Shown here piece by piece: positions 1 through 7,619 of a stretch of DNA of 44,183 bases. A model generated the notes under the pieces. That model had not been told where the DNA came from and searched no databases. It saw only the letters and a program-made list of their open reading frames with translations. The number at the start of each line of letters is the position of its first letter. Within the stretch, counting starts at the first letter, position 1. Origin of the DNA: Myxococcales bacterium (GTDB lineage Bacteria > Myxococcota_A > Polyangia > Polyangiales > Houyiibacteriaceae); the NCBI GenBank assembly GCA_020351445.1, contig CP070713.1, positions 3,217,654-3,261,836 on the forward strand, given 5' to 3'. A program made the position numbers and the translations under genes.

Positions 1-7
1 CAAGGTT

Positions 8-1072
8 TTGTCGCTGGACGTGGCGATCACGGTCCCGGACCCGAGCGCTGTGCTGGCGAACTACGATCAGATCCAAGTCTACCGCAGCACGTCGGGCAGC
101 GGAGGACCCTACGTCGAGATCACAACGGCAGAAACGCGGCTTGCGCTGCGCACGTGCGAGACGGAATACGTCTACACGGATCCAGTAGGCTCCAACGCCT
201 ACTGGTACAAATTCGCCTTTTTCAATTCGTCAACGCTGGCGCAATCGGCGCTGAGCTCCGCTCAACCGGGCGAGCTCCATCCCGCGCTGGATATCATGTC
301 GATTGACGAGCTCAAAGAAGTCTACCTCTTTGGGATCGATCTGACAGACGACGCGGGCAATCCCATGCCGGATACGCTCATGGCGTACTACATCATAAAC
401 GCGGTGGACTGGCTGGAAAAGAAGCTGGACATCCCCATCCTGCCCCGCGTTTACGAGGACGAGCGCCACGATTACTACAGGGAGGATTACAATAAATATA
501 TTTGGATGAATCTGCTCCGCTCCCCCGTGATCGGTATCGAGGAAGTGCGGCTGGTGCTCCCAGGCGAGCAGGTGGTCCAGGTATTCGAGCGAGACTGGAT
601 CCACATTCAGCGGCACGATGGCCAGCTGCAGCTGGTGCCGGGGACGGGGACCGCGGGGACGATTCTGCTGGGCGCCAGCGGCGCGTGGATACCTCTGATC
701 TACGGGTCAAACCGTTTCATCCCGGACGCATTCCGCGTGCGGTATGAGGCGGGTTTTGGCAAGCCCCGCAGCTGTGACGCGGTGACAGTCCGGGATCCGG
801 ACTATGACACCGTGCCGCGGATCATCAAAGAGCTTGTGGGGAAAATCGCAAGTTTCGGGCCCTTCAATATCGCGGGTGATCTCATTGTCGGCGCTGGTAT
901 CGCCACAACGTCCCTGAGCATTGACGGGCTCAGCCAATCGGTGGGCACCACGTCCAGCGCGACGAATAGCGGCTATGGCGCGCGCCTGGTGCAGTACAGC
1001 AAAGAGATCAAGGATCAGATCCCCAGCTTGCGCCGGTACTACAAGGGGATCTCCAACATGGTGGTGGTCTGA
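8..1072 (+). CDS. Neck / head-tail adaptor protein (gp6-like connector region after a beta-rich N-terminal domain). The 5' end may lie upstream of the window.
   Basis: 354-aa ORF. The TTG at 8 is the first start, but the frame is open to the window edge. SIDELKEVYLFGIDLTDD...AVDWLEKKL resembles the N-terminal helix of gp6-type head-tail connectors. It has a 1-nt TGATG overlap with the next gene and lies upstream of the sheath. Confidence 0.5.
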   Translation: MSLDVAITVPDPSAVLANYDQIQVYRSTSGSGGPYVEITTAETRLALRTCETEYVYTDPVGSNAYWYKFAFFNSSTLAQSALSSAQPGELHPALDIMSIDELKEVYLFGIDLTDDAGNPMPDTLMAYYIINAVDWLEKKLDIPILPRVYEDERHDYYREDYNKYIWMNLLRSPVIGIEEVRLVLPGEQVVQVFERDWIHIQRHDGQLQLVPGTGTAGTILLGASGAWIPLIYGSNRFIPDAFRVRYEAGFGKPRSCDAVTVRDPDYDTVPRIIKELVGKIASFGPFNIAGDLIVGAGIATTSLSIDGLSQSVGTTSSATNSGYGARLVQYSKEIKDQIPSLRRYYKGISNMVVV

Positions 1073-1866
1073 TGACTGTGAGTTTCAACGCTGGCAGTCT
1101 TGGCCTGCCAACGGGGCTCAAAGACAAGCCCCGCGTGGACTTTCGCGTCAACGACTTTGTGCGCGTGATCGAGTCGAAGGGCTATCGCGTCGCGTGGCAG
1201 CGCGCCAGCCCGTGCCCGTGTGTGCCGATCAACGCACAGACCGATCAGGTGAATCCAAATTGCACGCTCTGCAGTGGGCAAGGGTGGATCCTTTTCAAAC
1301 CGTCCTACGCAGTGACGGACGCGCGGACTATTGGCGAGCTCACACCGTTGCAGGCCCAGCTTGCGGCGGACGCCGCGGTGGTCCGAGCGGTCATGTCGGG
1401 CCTAACGGCGACAAAGCAACCATACCTCGATATCGGGCCGCGGCTTGAGGGGCAGCTGATGGTCACGATGAGAGCCGAAAACAAACTGGCCTACTATGAC
1501 CGCATTGTGAACCTGGACGCCGTGGCGGTCTATGCGCAGATCGCCACGCTCGAGTCGGGGGACACCGTGCCCCTGCGATATCCAGCGGTGCACGTCAATC
1601 TGCTGCGCTCAGAGTCGGCCGTCTACACGGAGGGGACGGATTTTGACGTGGTGGCGGGGGCGGTGATTTTCCGCACAGGCGTTGCGACGACGGGCCTACG
1701 TGTGGCTTGCCACTACCTCACACACCCGAGCTGGCGAATTGTTGAGCACCCGCACAACGTGCGGTTGACGCAGGTGAAAACCAAGCAAACGAGCCTGGCG
1801 ACGCCAGCGGGCAATCCGTCTGATCTGCCCGTGCAGGCCATCGCCAAGTTGGAGTTTTTGCTGTGA
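1072..1866 (+). CDS. Virion neck/head-completion protein with a Cys4 knuckle
   Basis: 264-aa ORF, start-stop coupled on both sides. Cysteine cluster SPCPCVPINAQTDQVNPNCTLCSGQGW (CxC-N15-CxxC). The function is inferred from position only. Confidence 0.4.
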   Translation: MTVSFNAGSLGLPTGLKDKPRVDFRVNDFVRVIESKGYRVAWQRASPCPCVPINAQTDQVNPNCTLCSGQGWILFKPSYAVTDARTIGELTPLQAQLAADAAVVRAVMSGLTATKQPYLDIGPRLEGQLMVTMRAENKLAYYDRIVNLDAVAVYAQIATLESGDTVPLRYPAVHVNLLRSESAVYTEGTDFDVVAGAVIFRTGVATTGLRVACHYLTHPSWRIVEHPHNVRLTQVKTKQTSLATPAGNPSDLPVQAIAKLEFLL

Positions 1867-2768
1867 TCGTGCCTATCGACCTACGCGCGATTGTCCCCGA
1901 GGGGATCCTGGCGGCTGTCAGTGAGGACGCCGTGAATTCCATTATGCGGGACATAGCCGAAGGAGCTCGGCACGAATGGATCCGCCTAGCAGGCAAAAAC
2001 GTCCGGGCCCAGGCGCCGACGTACCTTCGCGCGATCCAGGCCGTCCGCTTTGGCCGCGGCACGGCGACAATCACGCTGCTGGGGGAGGAAGCAAACCGGA
2101 TTGAGCAAGGCCATCCGCGGATTGAGCAAAAGCACGGGCTGCTCGGCGAAAAGGTGCCGGTCACAGAGCCCCCAGCGAAAGGCAAGCGCCAGCGCTACAA
2201 GCGCGAGCGGCGCGGGGGCAAAACGGTGCTTACCGAGGACGGATTCTATCGCCCTGTGCCCATACGGCACGCTACGCCGCAGACACGCGGGCAGGTGGGG
2301 ACGCCGATGGGCGACGCGTACCGGGACGCGCTGGGCCCCAAGGCAGCCGCGCGACTGGGCCGGGCTGTGTATGCCGCGGCAAAGGAGCTCGCGCCAACCA
2401 CGACGGAGCCTTACGGCAGCGGCACAAAGTGGGGCGAGCGCCTGGACACGTCTGAGCTCGTCTATGGGAAAAAGAAGACGCCGATCGATGTGCCTAAGCT
2501 CAAAGAATATCACACCGTCGACATTTACGCCGGCATGTATCGGATGGAGAAAACCTACGAGCAGGCCACGCAAGGTTACTACCAGACATTTCGCACGATC
2601 TCCGTGGACGGCAGCGGGATGCTTGTTGGCGCGAAGGGAAAACCCAAGCACCCTGACTCTTGGGTGCTACCAGAGAAAAAGGGCGTTCATATCGCAGAGG
2701 ACGTGCGGAAGTATGTCGCAAAAATCAGCCCTGAGAGTTTTCGGGCTTACATCGAGGCAATGAAATGA
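1863..2768 (+). CDS. Neck/tail-completion protein (N-terminal part resembles the HK97 gp10 type)
   Basis: 301-aa ORF with a GTGA overlap upstream and an ATGA overlap downstream. AVNSIMRDIAEGARHEW...LLGEEANRIEQGHP fits the gp10-family pattern (..a..iE.G). The middle part is basic. Confidence 0.4.
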   Translation: MIVPIDLRAIVPEGILAAVSEDAVNSIMRDIAEGARHEWIRLAGKNVRAQAPTYLRAIQAVRFGRGTATITLLGEEANRIEQGHPRIEQKHGLLGEKVPVTEPPAKGKRQRYKRERRGGKTVLTEDGFYRPVPIRHATPQTRGQVGTPMGDAYRDALGPKAAARLGRAVYAAAKELAPTTTEPYGSGTKWGERLDTSELVYGKKKTPIDVPKLKEYHTVDIYAGMYRMEKTYEQATQGYYQTFRTISVDGSGMLVGAKGKPKHPDSWVLPEKKGVHIAEDVRKYVAKISPESFRAYIEAMK

Positions 2769-3430
2769 TCCAGCGTGTGCTCTACAACATTTTGACCGAA
2801 GGTATGAGCCTCATTAACGCTCAGCCGGAAATTCTTGAGGACTTATTCCAAGAGAATTATTCCCTGACTCGCAGTGAGGTAGACGAGATCAAGCAATTTT
2901 TCCGTGAGCAGACGCCTGGGGTGATCCACGGCTGGGCGCGCTCTGACAGCACATTCCCGCTGTATTCGATTGTGCTGATCAACGAGCAGGAAACGGAATC
3001 GGTGCTTGCCGACGACGCGGGGCAAATTGAGGACGAGGACGATCCGGACTTCGCCGCAGAGTGCTACACCGCGATCTGGGAGCACCGTTACGACGTGATG
3101 TGCTTCTGTGAGCATTCGGACGCGGTGCAATATATGTATGAGGTCGCCAAGTCTCTGATGTTCGCTGCGGAGGACTACTTTCTGCAGGAAGGGCTTTTCG
3201 AGCGCCATTTGTCCGGCTCCGACGTGGCGCCTGATCCGCGTTACGTTCCCGAGCACCTATTTTTGCGGCGGCTGACTTTCTCAGCGCAACGCGAATTCAT
3301 GCGGACGGACAAGCGGAGCAAGCTCTACAAAGCATTTCAGGTGCGGGGAATTCACGTCGATAGGAGCGGCAGCCCCAGCGACGTGGGCGACGTTGATACT
3401 CTGATCACAACCTACGAGGGGGGCCGGTAA
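2765..3430 (+). CDS. Virion structural protein (positional candidate for tail terminator/completion)
   Basis: 221-aa acidic ORF, ATGA-coupled upstream and TAATG-coupled downstream. It is two genes (about 0.36 kb) upstream of the sheath gene. I recognised no family motif. Confidence 0.35.
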   Translation: MIQRVLYNILTEGMSLINAQPEILEDLFQENYSLTRSEVDEIKQFFREQTPGVIHGWARSDSTFPLYSIVLINEQETESVLADDAGQIEDEDDPDFAAECYTAIWEHRYDVMCFCEHSDAVQYMYEVAKSLMFAAEDYFLQEGLFERHLSGSDVAPDPRYVPEHLFLRRLTFSAQREFMRTDKRSKLYKAFQVRGIHVDRSGSPSDVGDVDTLITTYEGGR

Positions 3431-3771
3431 TGGCAACAAACGGTGAGCCCGAGAAGAAAGAAGCGAAAAGCGACGCGCACAAGGCAGCAACGCAAGCGCC
3501 ACCTGAGAAGCCCAAGCCCGCGGTGCAAGCGAAAGTATCGCCGCGGGTGAAAGCAGCGGGGCCGCCGCAGGCTGCACCGAAGCCCGCGGTTTTGCCCCAG
3601 GCGCCGGAACCGTCAAGGGTCCGATTGGAAGTCTTTTGCCGGCTAACAGGGATCAAGTGGGACCGGCTGGCAGCGTTCAAGTTCTATGCGAGGAAAAAAA
3701 GGCTCGGCCCTCTGCCTGTCCGTCACTGGTGGGCGGAGTTTGAAAAATTCCAAAAGCGGCCAGTAGGCTGA
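3430..3771 (+). CDS. Small protein with a Lys/Ala/Pro-rich N-terminal tail
   Basis: 113-aa ORF. N-terminus KKEAKSDAHKAATQAPPEKPKPAVQAKVSPRVKAAGPP, with a Trp/Phe-rich C-terminal half. Coupled start. Confidence 0.45.
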   Translation: MATNGEPEKKEAKSDAHKAATQAPPEKPKPAVQAKVSPRVKAAGPPQAAPKPAVLPQAPEPSRVRLEVFCRLTGIKWDRLAAFKFYARKKRLGPLPVRHWWAEFEKFQKRPVG

Positions 3772-3787
3772 GAGGGGCAAAGGATCA

Positions 3788-6100
3788 ATGGCTACGTCAA
3801 TTTTTTTCAACGGTAGGTTGATCTCGGTTCCCGGAAGCTACAGCGAAGTAGACGCTTCCGGACTCGAGCAAGTTGGACTGGGCGCGGCTGGAATTGTGGC
3901 TGTGCTCGGCACTGCGGTAGGCGGCAAACCGGTGACGGCCCTCGAATCGATCGAGGATTTCATCCGGTTCAACAAGCCGGAATCTGCGCGCCGCACGTTC
4001 CGCTCCGGGGATCTGCGCGAAGCAAGCGACATGCTTTTCGCGCCGGGCAAGGATCCGGACATTCTGGGCGGAGCCGTCGAAGTGATCGCAATGAAGGTGA
4101 ATCCCGCCACGCAGAGCGCAGCGAGTTTTGCCAACGTCCAGGGCCCGGCAATGGACGTGGAAAGCGTGGACTATGGCGCTTTCACCGAGCAGATCAACGT
4201 CGATATCCAGGACGGCACGGTGCAGGGCAAGCTCCTGACAATCACGTTTGAGGACGTGGTTGAGGCCGTGGACGATCTGGGCGGCGATGAGATTTTCACC
4301 ATGAACTACGTCGCGCCTATCGCAGACGGCTGGGCCACCATGACGGCCGAAGTCGCTGCGGGCGGTGTGATCAAGGCCAACGGTACGCGCGGCGTGGCGG
4401 GCCTGGACGGGGACGTTACGCCCCTACTCGCCCAGGGGCCTGTGCGTATCGTATCGAGCAATTCCGGCGACACCAACGACGTGGTGATCTATGGGCTGGA
4501 CGCGAGCGGCAATCCGGTCAGTGAGACGTTGACGCTGACCGGTACGGTGGCCGTGGACGGGTCGCAGGTTTTCGGCGTGGGGAAGGTGCTTGGAGCTCGA
4601 GCAATCGGGACCACGGCGGGGACCGTGACGATCAGCGATCAGGTGATCCCCACAACGATCATGACGCTCGCCGCCGGTGCGGATCAGAAAAAGGGTCTGC
4701 ACTACGGCACCGGCATGTGGGTGGGCAATGACGTGGTATCGGCCGTTGCGGACGGGGCCACGACAAAAGACCTGATCCTTGTCGGCACGTCGCCAACGGG
4801 CACAGTGATTCTCGAAAAACTGACTCTCACGGGTGCCGTGGCTGTAACCGGCTCCGCGGACTTCGCGTCGCTGACAGCGATTGTCACTGGCGAAGTCGAG
4901 GCCGCGCGGACCGTGACGCTCAGCGCGGTGGCAGTGCAGACCACGCCAAGCGTTCACGACACGCTGCAAAAGGCGATCGACTATTTCAACGCGCGCCAGA
5001 TCGTGCAGACCACGGTGCGCGGCTTTGTTGGCGTGATCGAGACGTTGGATACAGGCATGGCAGTGACGGGCCTGGACGTGAGTGTCAGTGCTCAAAACTG
5101 CTTTGGCGCGACGGTCGCCGAGTTTTACGCCGACCTGTGGGCGGTGATCAATTGGATCAACACGAATTCGGAATTGATCACGGCCAGCATGGCCAGCGGC
5201 GCGACGGGCGGAGCTCCGAGCAACACCACGAGCCCCGTCTTTCTGCAGGGCGGTGTTGAGGGGACGCCGACAAGCACGCACTGGCAGGATGCGCTGGATT
5301 GGCTGAAACGGATCCGCGTCAACACGATTGTCCCGCTGACCGGAGATCCGGCGGTACACGCGGCCGTGGACGCGCACTGCGCCTACATGGGCGGGGTGGG
5401 CCGGAACGAGCGAGACGCGGTTGTGGGCGTCCAGAATTCGGGCCTGACCGACGTGCCCACCAAGGCTGAGGCCAAGGCCGCAATCGTGGATCTCAACAGC
5501 CGGCACATTCGAGCCGTGGCCCAGGCGATTGAGCGGTTCGGCACAGACGGCACGCGCCAGGAATTCCAGCCGCATTTCCTCGCATGCGTGATTGCGGGTA
5601 TGCAGGCGGGCAGCGACGTAGGCACGCCCTTGACCTACAAATACACCAACACGCTCGCCTACCGGCAAGACTCGAGCTGGAATCCGGTGGACGACGCAGA
5701 GGAACTCGTCCAGGCCGGGCTGTGCTTCCTGGAAAATGTTGAGGGGCAGGGCCGCCGCGTGGTGCGGAATATCACGACGCATCGGAGCTCCAACAACCTG
5801 GCTTTCACGGAGGGAAGTGTCAACGAGGCCGTGAACTATGCGGCCTACAATTTCCGCACCAACATGGAATTTGCGGTGGGCCGCAAGGGCTTTTCCGGGA
5901 CCGTCAACGCCGGCAAGAGCGTAGCGCTCAACACGCTCGGGTTGCTGGTGGATGAGACAATCCTGGTGGCCTATCGGTCGTTGGCGGTGGAATTGATCGT
6001 GGATGTGATGGAAGTCGAGTGCGAGATCGCACCCGTGCTGCCTATCAATTTCGTTAAGAACACACTGCACCTTGTGACCGTTCGACAAAGCGCCGCGTAG
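3788..6100 (+). CDS. Tail sheath protein
   Basis: 770 aa. N-terminus ...LISVPGSYSEVDASGL (the sheath PGVY-type motif). C-terminal GLCFLENVEGQGRRVVRNITT matches the conserved sheath C-domain pattern. Directly followed by a tube-sized gene. Confidence 0.85.
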   Translation: MATSIFFNGRLISVPGSYSEVDASGLEQVGLGAAGIVAVLGTAVGGKPVTALESIEDFIRFNKPESARRTFRSGDLREASDMLFAPGKDPDILGGAVEVIAMKVNPATQSAASFANVQGPAMDVESVDYGAFTEQINVDIQDGTVQGKLLTITFEDVVEAVDDLGGDEIFTMNYVAPIADGWATMTAEVAAGGVIKANGTRGVAGLDGDVTPLLAQGPVRIVSSNSGDTNDVVIYGLDASGNPVSETLTLTGTVAVDGSQVFGVGKVLGARAIGTTAGTVTISDQVIPTTIMTLAAGADQKKGLHYGTGMWVGNDVVSAVADGATTKDLILVGTSPTGTVILEKLTLTGAVAVTGSADFASLTAIVTGEVEAARTVTLSAVAVQTTPSVHDTLQKAIDYFNARQIVQTTVRGFVGVIETLDTGMAVTGLDVSVSAQNCFGATVAEFYADLWAVINWINTNSELITASMASGATGGAPSNTTSPVFLQGGVEGTPTSTHWQDALDWLKRIRVNTIVPLTGDPAVHAAVDAHCAYMGGVGRNERDAVVGVQNSGLTDVPTKAEAKAAIVDLNSRHIRAVAQAIERFGTDGTRQEFQPHFLACVIAGMQAGSDVGTPLTYKYTNTLAYRQDSSWNPVDDAEELVQAGLCFLENVEGQGRRVVRNITTHRSSNNLAFTEGSVNEAVNYAAYNFRTNMEFAVGRKGFSGTVNAGKSVALNTLGLLVDETILVAYRSLAVELIVDVMEVECEIAPVLPINFVKNTLHLVTVRQSAA

Positions 6101-6173
6101 CGGGCGCCCGCGCAAGTGGGCAGGGGGGCCCGCTGCGCATTGCTGACATTCGCCACAGAAGGGGGGGGATCCC

Positions 6174-6620
6174 GTGGCTGAAAAAGGACGCATCTTTACG
6201 GGTGCCCGAGCGCGCTTTTCCATCGATGGCGTCAAAGTCGGGTATGCTCGGAACGTCAACGTTTCCGAGGAAATCACGATGGAGCCGATCGAAGTCATGG
6301 ACAACGTGGAAGTCGAGGAGTACGTGCCTACCGGCTACCGCGTGACGTTCACGGCGAGCAAATTCCGTGTGATCGGCGAGACGCTGAAAACGCGAGGATG
6401 GTTCCCGGAAAACGGCGCAAACACCGAAGAACACTTGCAAAACATCCTGGCGGCTGGGGAAATGTCCGCCACAATCGAGGATGTGAAAACGGGCAAGCTC
6501 TTTGCGACGCTCGAGCAGGTGAAAATCCAATCACATAACTGGGTGATTGACGCTCGGGGCGTGGTTGGTGAGGACGTGACTTTCAACGCTATCCGGCTGA
6601 AGGACGAAAGCGAAGTCTAG
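6174..6620 (+). CDS. Tail tube protein
   Basis: 148 aa, GTG start behind a G-rich RBS. Lies immediately after the sheath. The sequence looks beta-rich and has the size expected of contractile-tail tube proteins. Confidence 0.8.
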   Translation: MAEKGRIFTGARARFSIDGVKVGYARNVNVSEEITMEPIEVMDNVEVEEYVPTGYRVTFTASKFRVIGETLKTRGWFPENGANTEEHLQNILAAGEMSATIEDVKTGKLFATLEQVKIQSHNWVIDARGVVGEDVTFNAIRLKDESEV

Positions 6621-6667
6621 ACGCCTTCCCCGGTTTTCTAAGACGACCTCGGGCTAACTCCGTCCCC

Positions 6668-6700
6668 GGGGGGGCCGGCTATTGGCTGGCCGGTCCCCCC
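6668..6700 (+). promoter_or_regulatory. Strong GC hairpin between the tube and chaperone genes
   Basis: GGGGGGGCCGGC (6668-6679) pairs with GCCGGTCCCCCC (6689-6700): 12 bp including one G-T pair, with a 9-nt loop. No U-tract follows. Confidence 0.5.
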
Positions 6701-6783
6701 AACCTACTCGCTGGCTTAGCTCGTGACTTTCACCGGGCGGCTGGGCGAAGGTGGGGGAAACCTACAGGGGACGGAGTGAACCT

Positions 6784-7314
6784 ATGCCAGAGCAGCAACA
6801 AGCCAAGAAATTGACGCCCGCGGAGCTCGCCGAGCGGCTGCGCCCTACGCACCTAGAAAGCGTCACGACCGAGGAAATGGCCGAGCAGGTGTCGGCTGAG
6901 ACTCAGGGCCCTGAGCCCCAGGCGCCCGAGGTGGACGCCGAGAAGGACCCCCGCAGCCACAATCCCTATGCGTTCAATTTTGACTGGGTAGACCCGCGGG
7001 GCCACCGGTGGGAGGGGCGTTTTATCACGCACATGCCGACGCCGCGGGATCTGATGCAGGCCGGGGTCATGCAGGCCCGGATGCTTGGCAGCACACCGCG
7101 GGAATCGGTGGACGCATTCACAGAGGAAATCGCCTACATCGTTTCTCGGCTTTCGTTTGTCTTGGACGAGCGCCCGTCGTGGTTTGCTGATCCGCTGAGC
7201 ATGGTCGACGCCGTGCCTCTGCTGCAGCAAATTTACACGGAGGTAGCCTCTTTCGAGGCCTTTTTTCGCCGACACGGAAAGACTGAAGGCGAAGGCAAAG
7301 CGCAACCTGGCTGA
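6784..7314 (+). CDS. Tail assembly chaperone, short form (gpG-like)
   Basis: Lies between the tube and the tape measure. I prefer the ATG at 6784 (RBS GGAG 6 nt upstream) over the GTG at 6751. Acidic, about 176 aa. Confidence 0.6.
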   Translation: MPEQQQAKKLTPAELAERLRPTHLESVTTEEMAEQVSAETQGPEPQAPEVDAEKDPRSHNPYAFNFDWVDPRGHRWEGRFITHMPTPRDLMQAGVMQARMLGSTPRESVDAFTEEIAYIVSRLSFVLDERPSWFADPLSMVDAVPLLQQIYTEVASFEAFFRRHGKTEGEGKAQPG

Positions 7315-7612
7315 CCATGACGAGCAGATCCGCCGGTGGTGGTGCCGCAAGTACAGCGCGCCACCGACTGACACACGGTTCACGTCGCGGAGCATCGCCG
7401 AATGGACGATCGAGCTCATAGAGGACACGATCGAGCGCCAGGCCGAAGTGCGACGACAGATCGAGGACGGGGAGATCAGTTTCAATCACGGGGAGGCGAT
7501 TCTGCGCCGGCTGTCAGAGGCGCTGGGCGAGGAACCGGAAGGTTACGATCCGCTGGTGGATCAATGGGAACGTGAGCTCGAGCAGGGCCTCATTCCCGAT
7601 CTAGACGCATGA
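6784..7612 (+). CDS. Tail assembly chaperone, frameshift-extended form (gpGT-like), through a +1 (or -2) slip at T6 7261-7266
   Basis: The +1 frame is open from 7247 to the TGA at 7610-7612. It looks coding (third positions mostly G/C). Its first ATG/GTG/TTG comes only about 55 codons before its stop. GCC TTT TTT CGC lies inside the 7247-7314 overlap window. Confidence 0.5.
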
Positions 7613-7619
7613 GGGGGCC

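Noticed and set aside
4424-6304. A 626-aa ORF on the minus strand, the longest antisense ORF in the window.
   Set aside because: It lies entirely antisense to the tail sheath gene, which has clear family motifs. Its translation is R/G/H/A/P-rich with no recognisable motif. Long antisense ORFs are expected in GC-rich coding DNA.
7257-7290. A conventional -1 frameshift at the T-run of the tail chaperone gene.
   Set aside because: The -1 frame reaches a TGA within about 8 codons of the T-run (..GGC CTT TTT TCG CCG ACA CGG AAA GAC TGA). Only the +1/-2 frame stays open to 7612.
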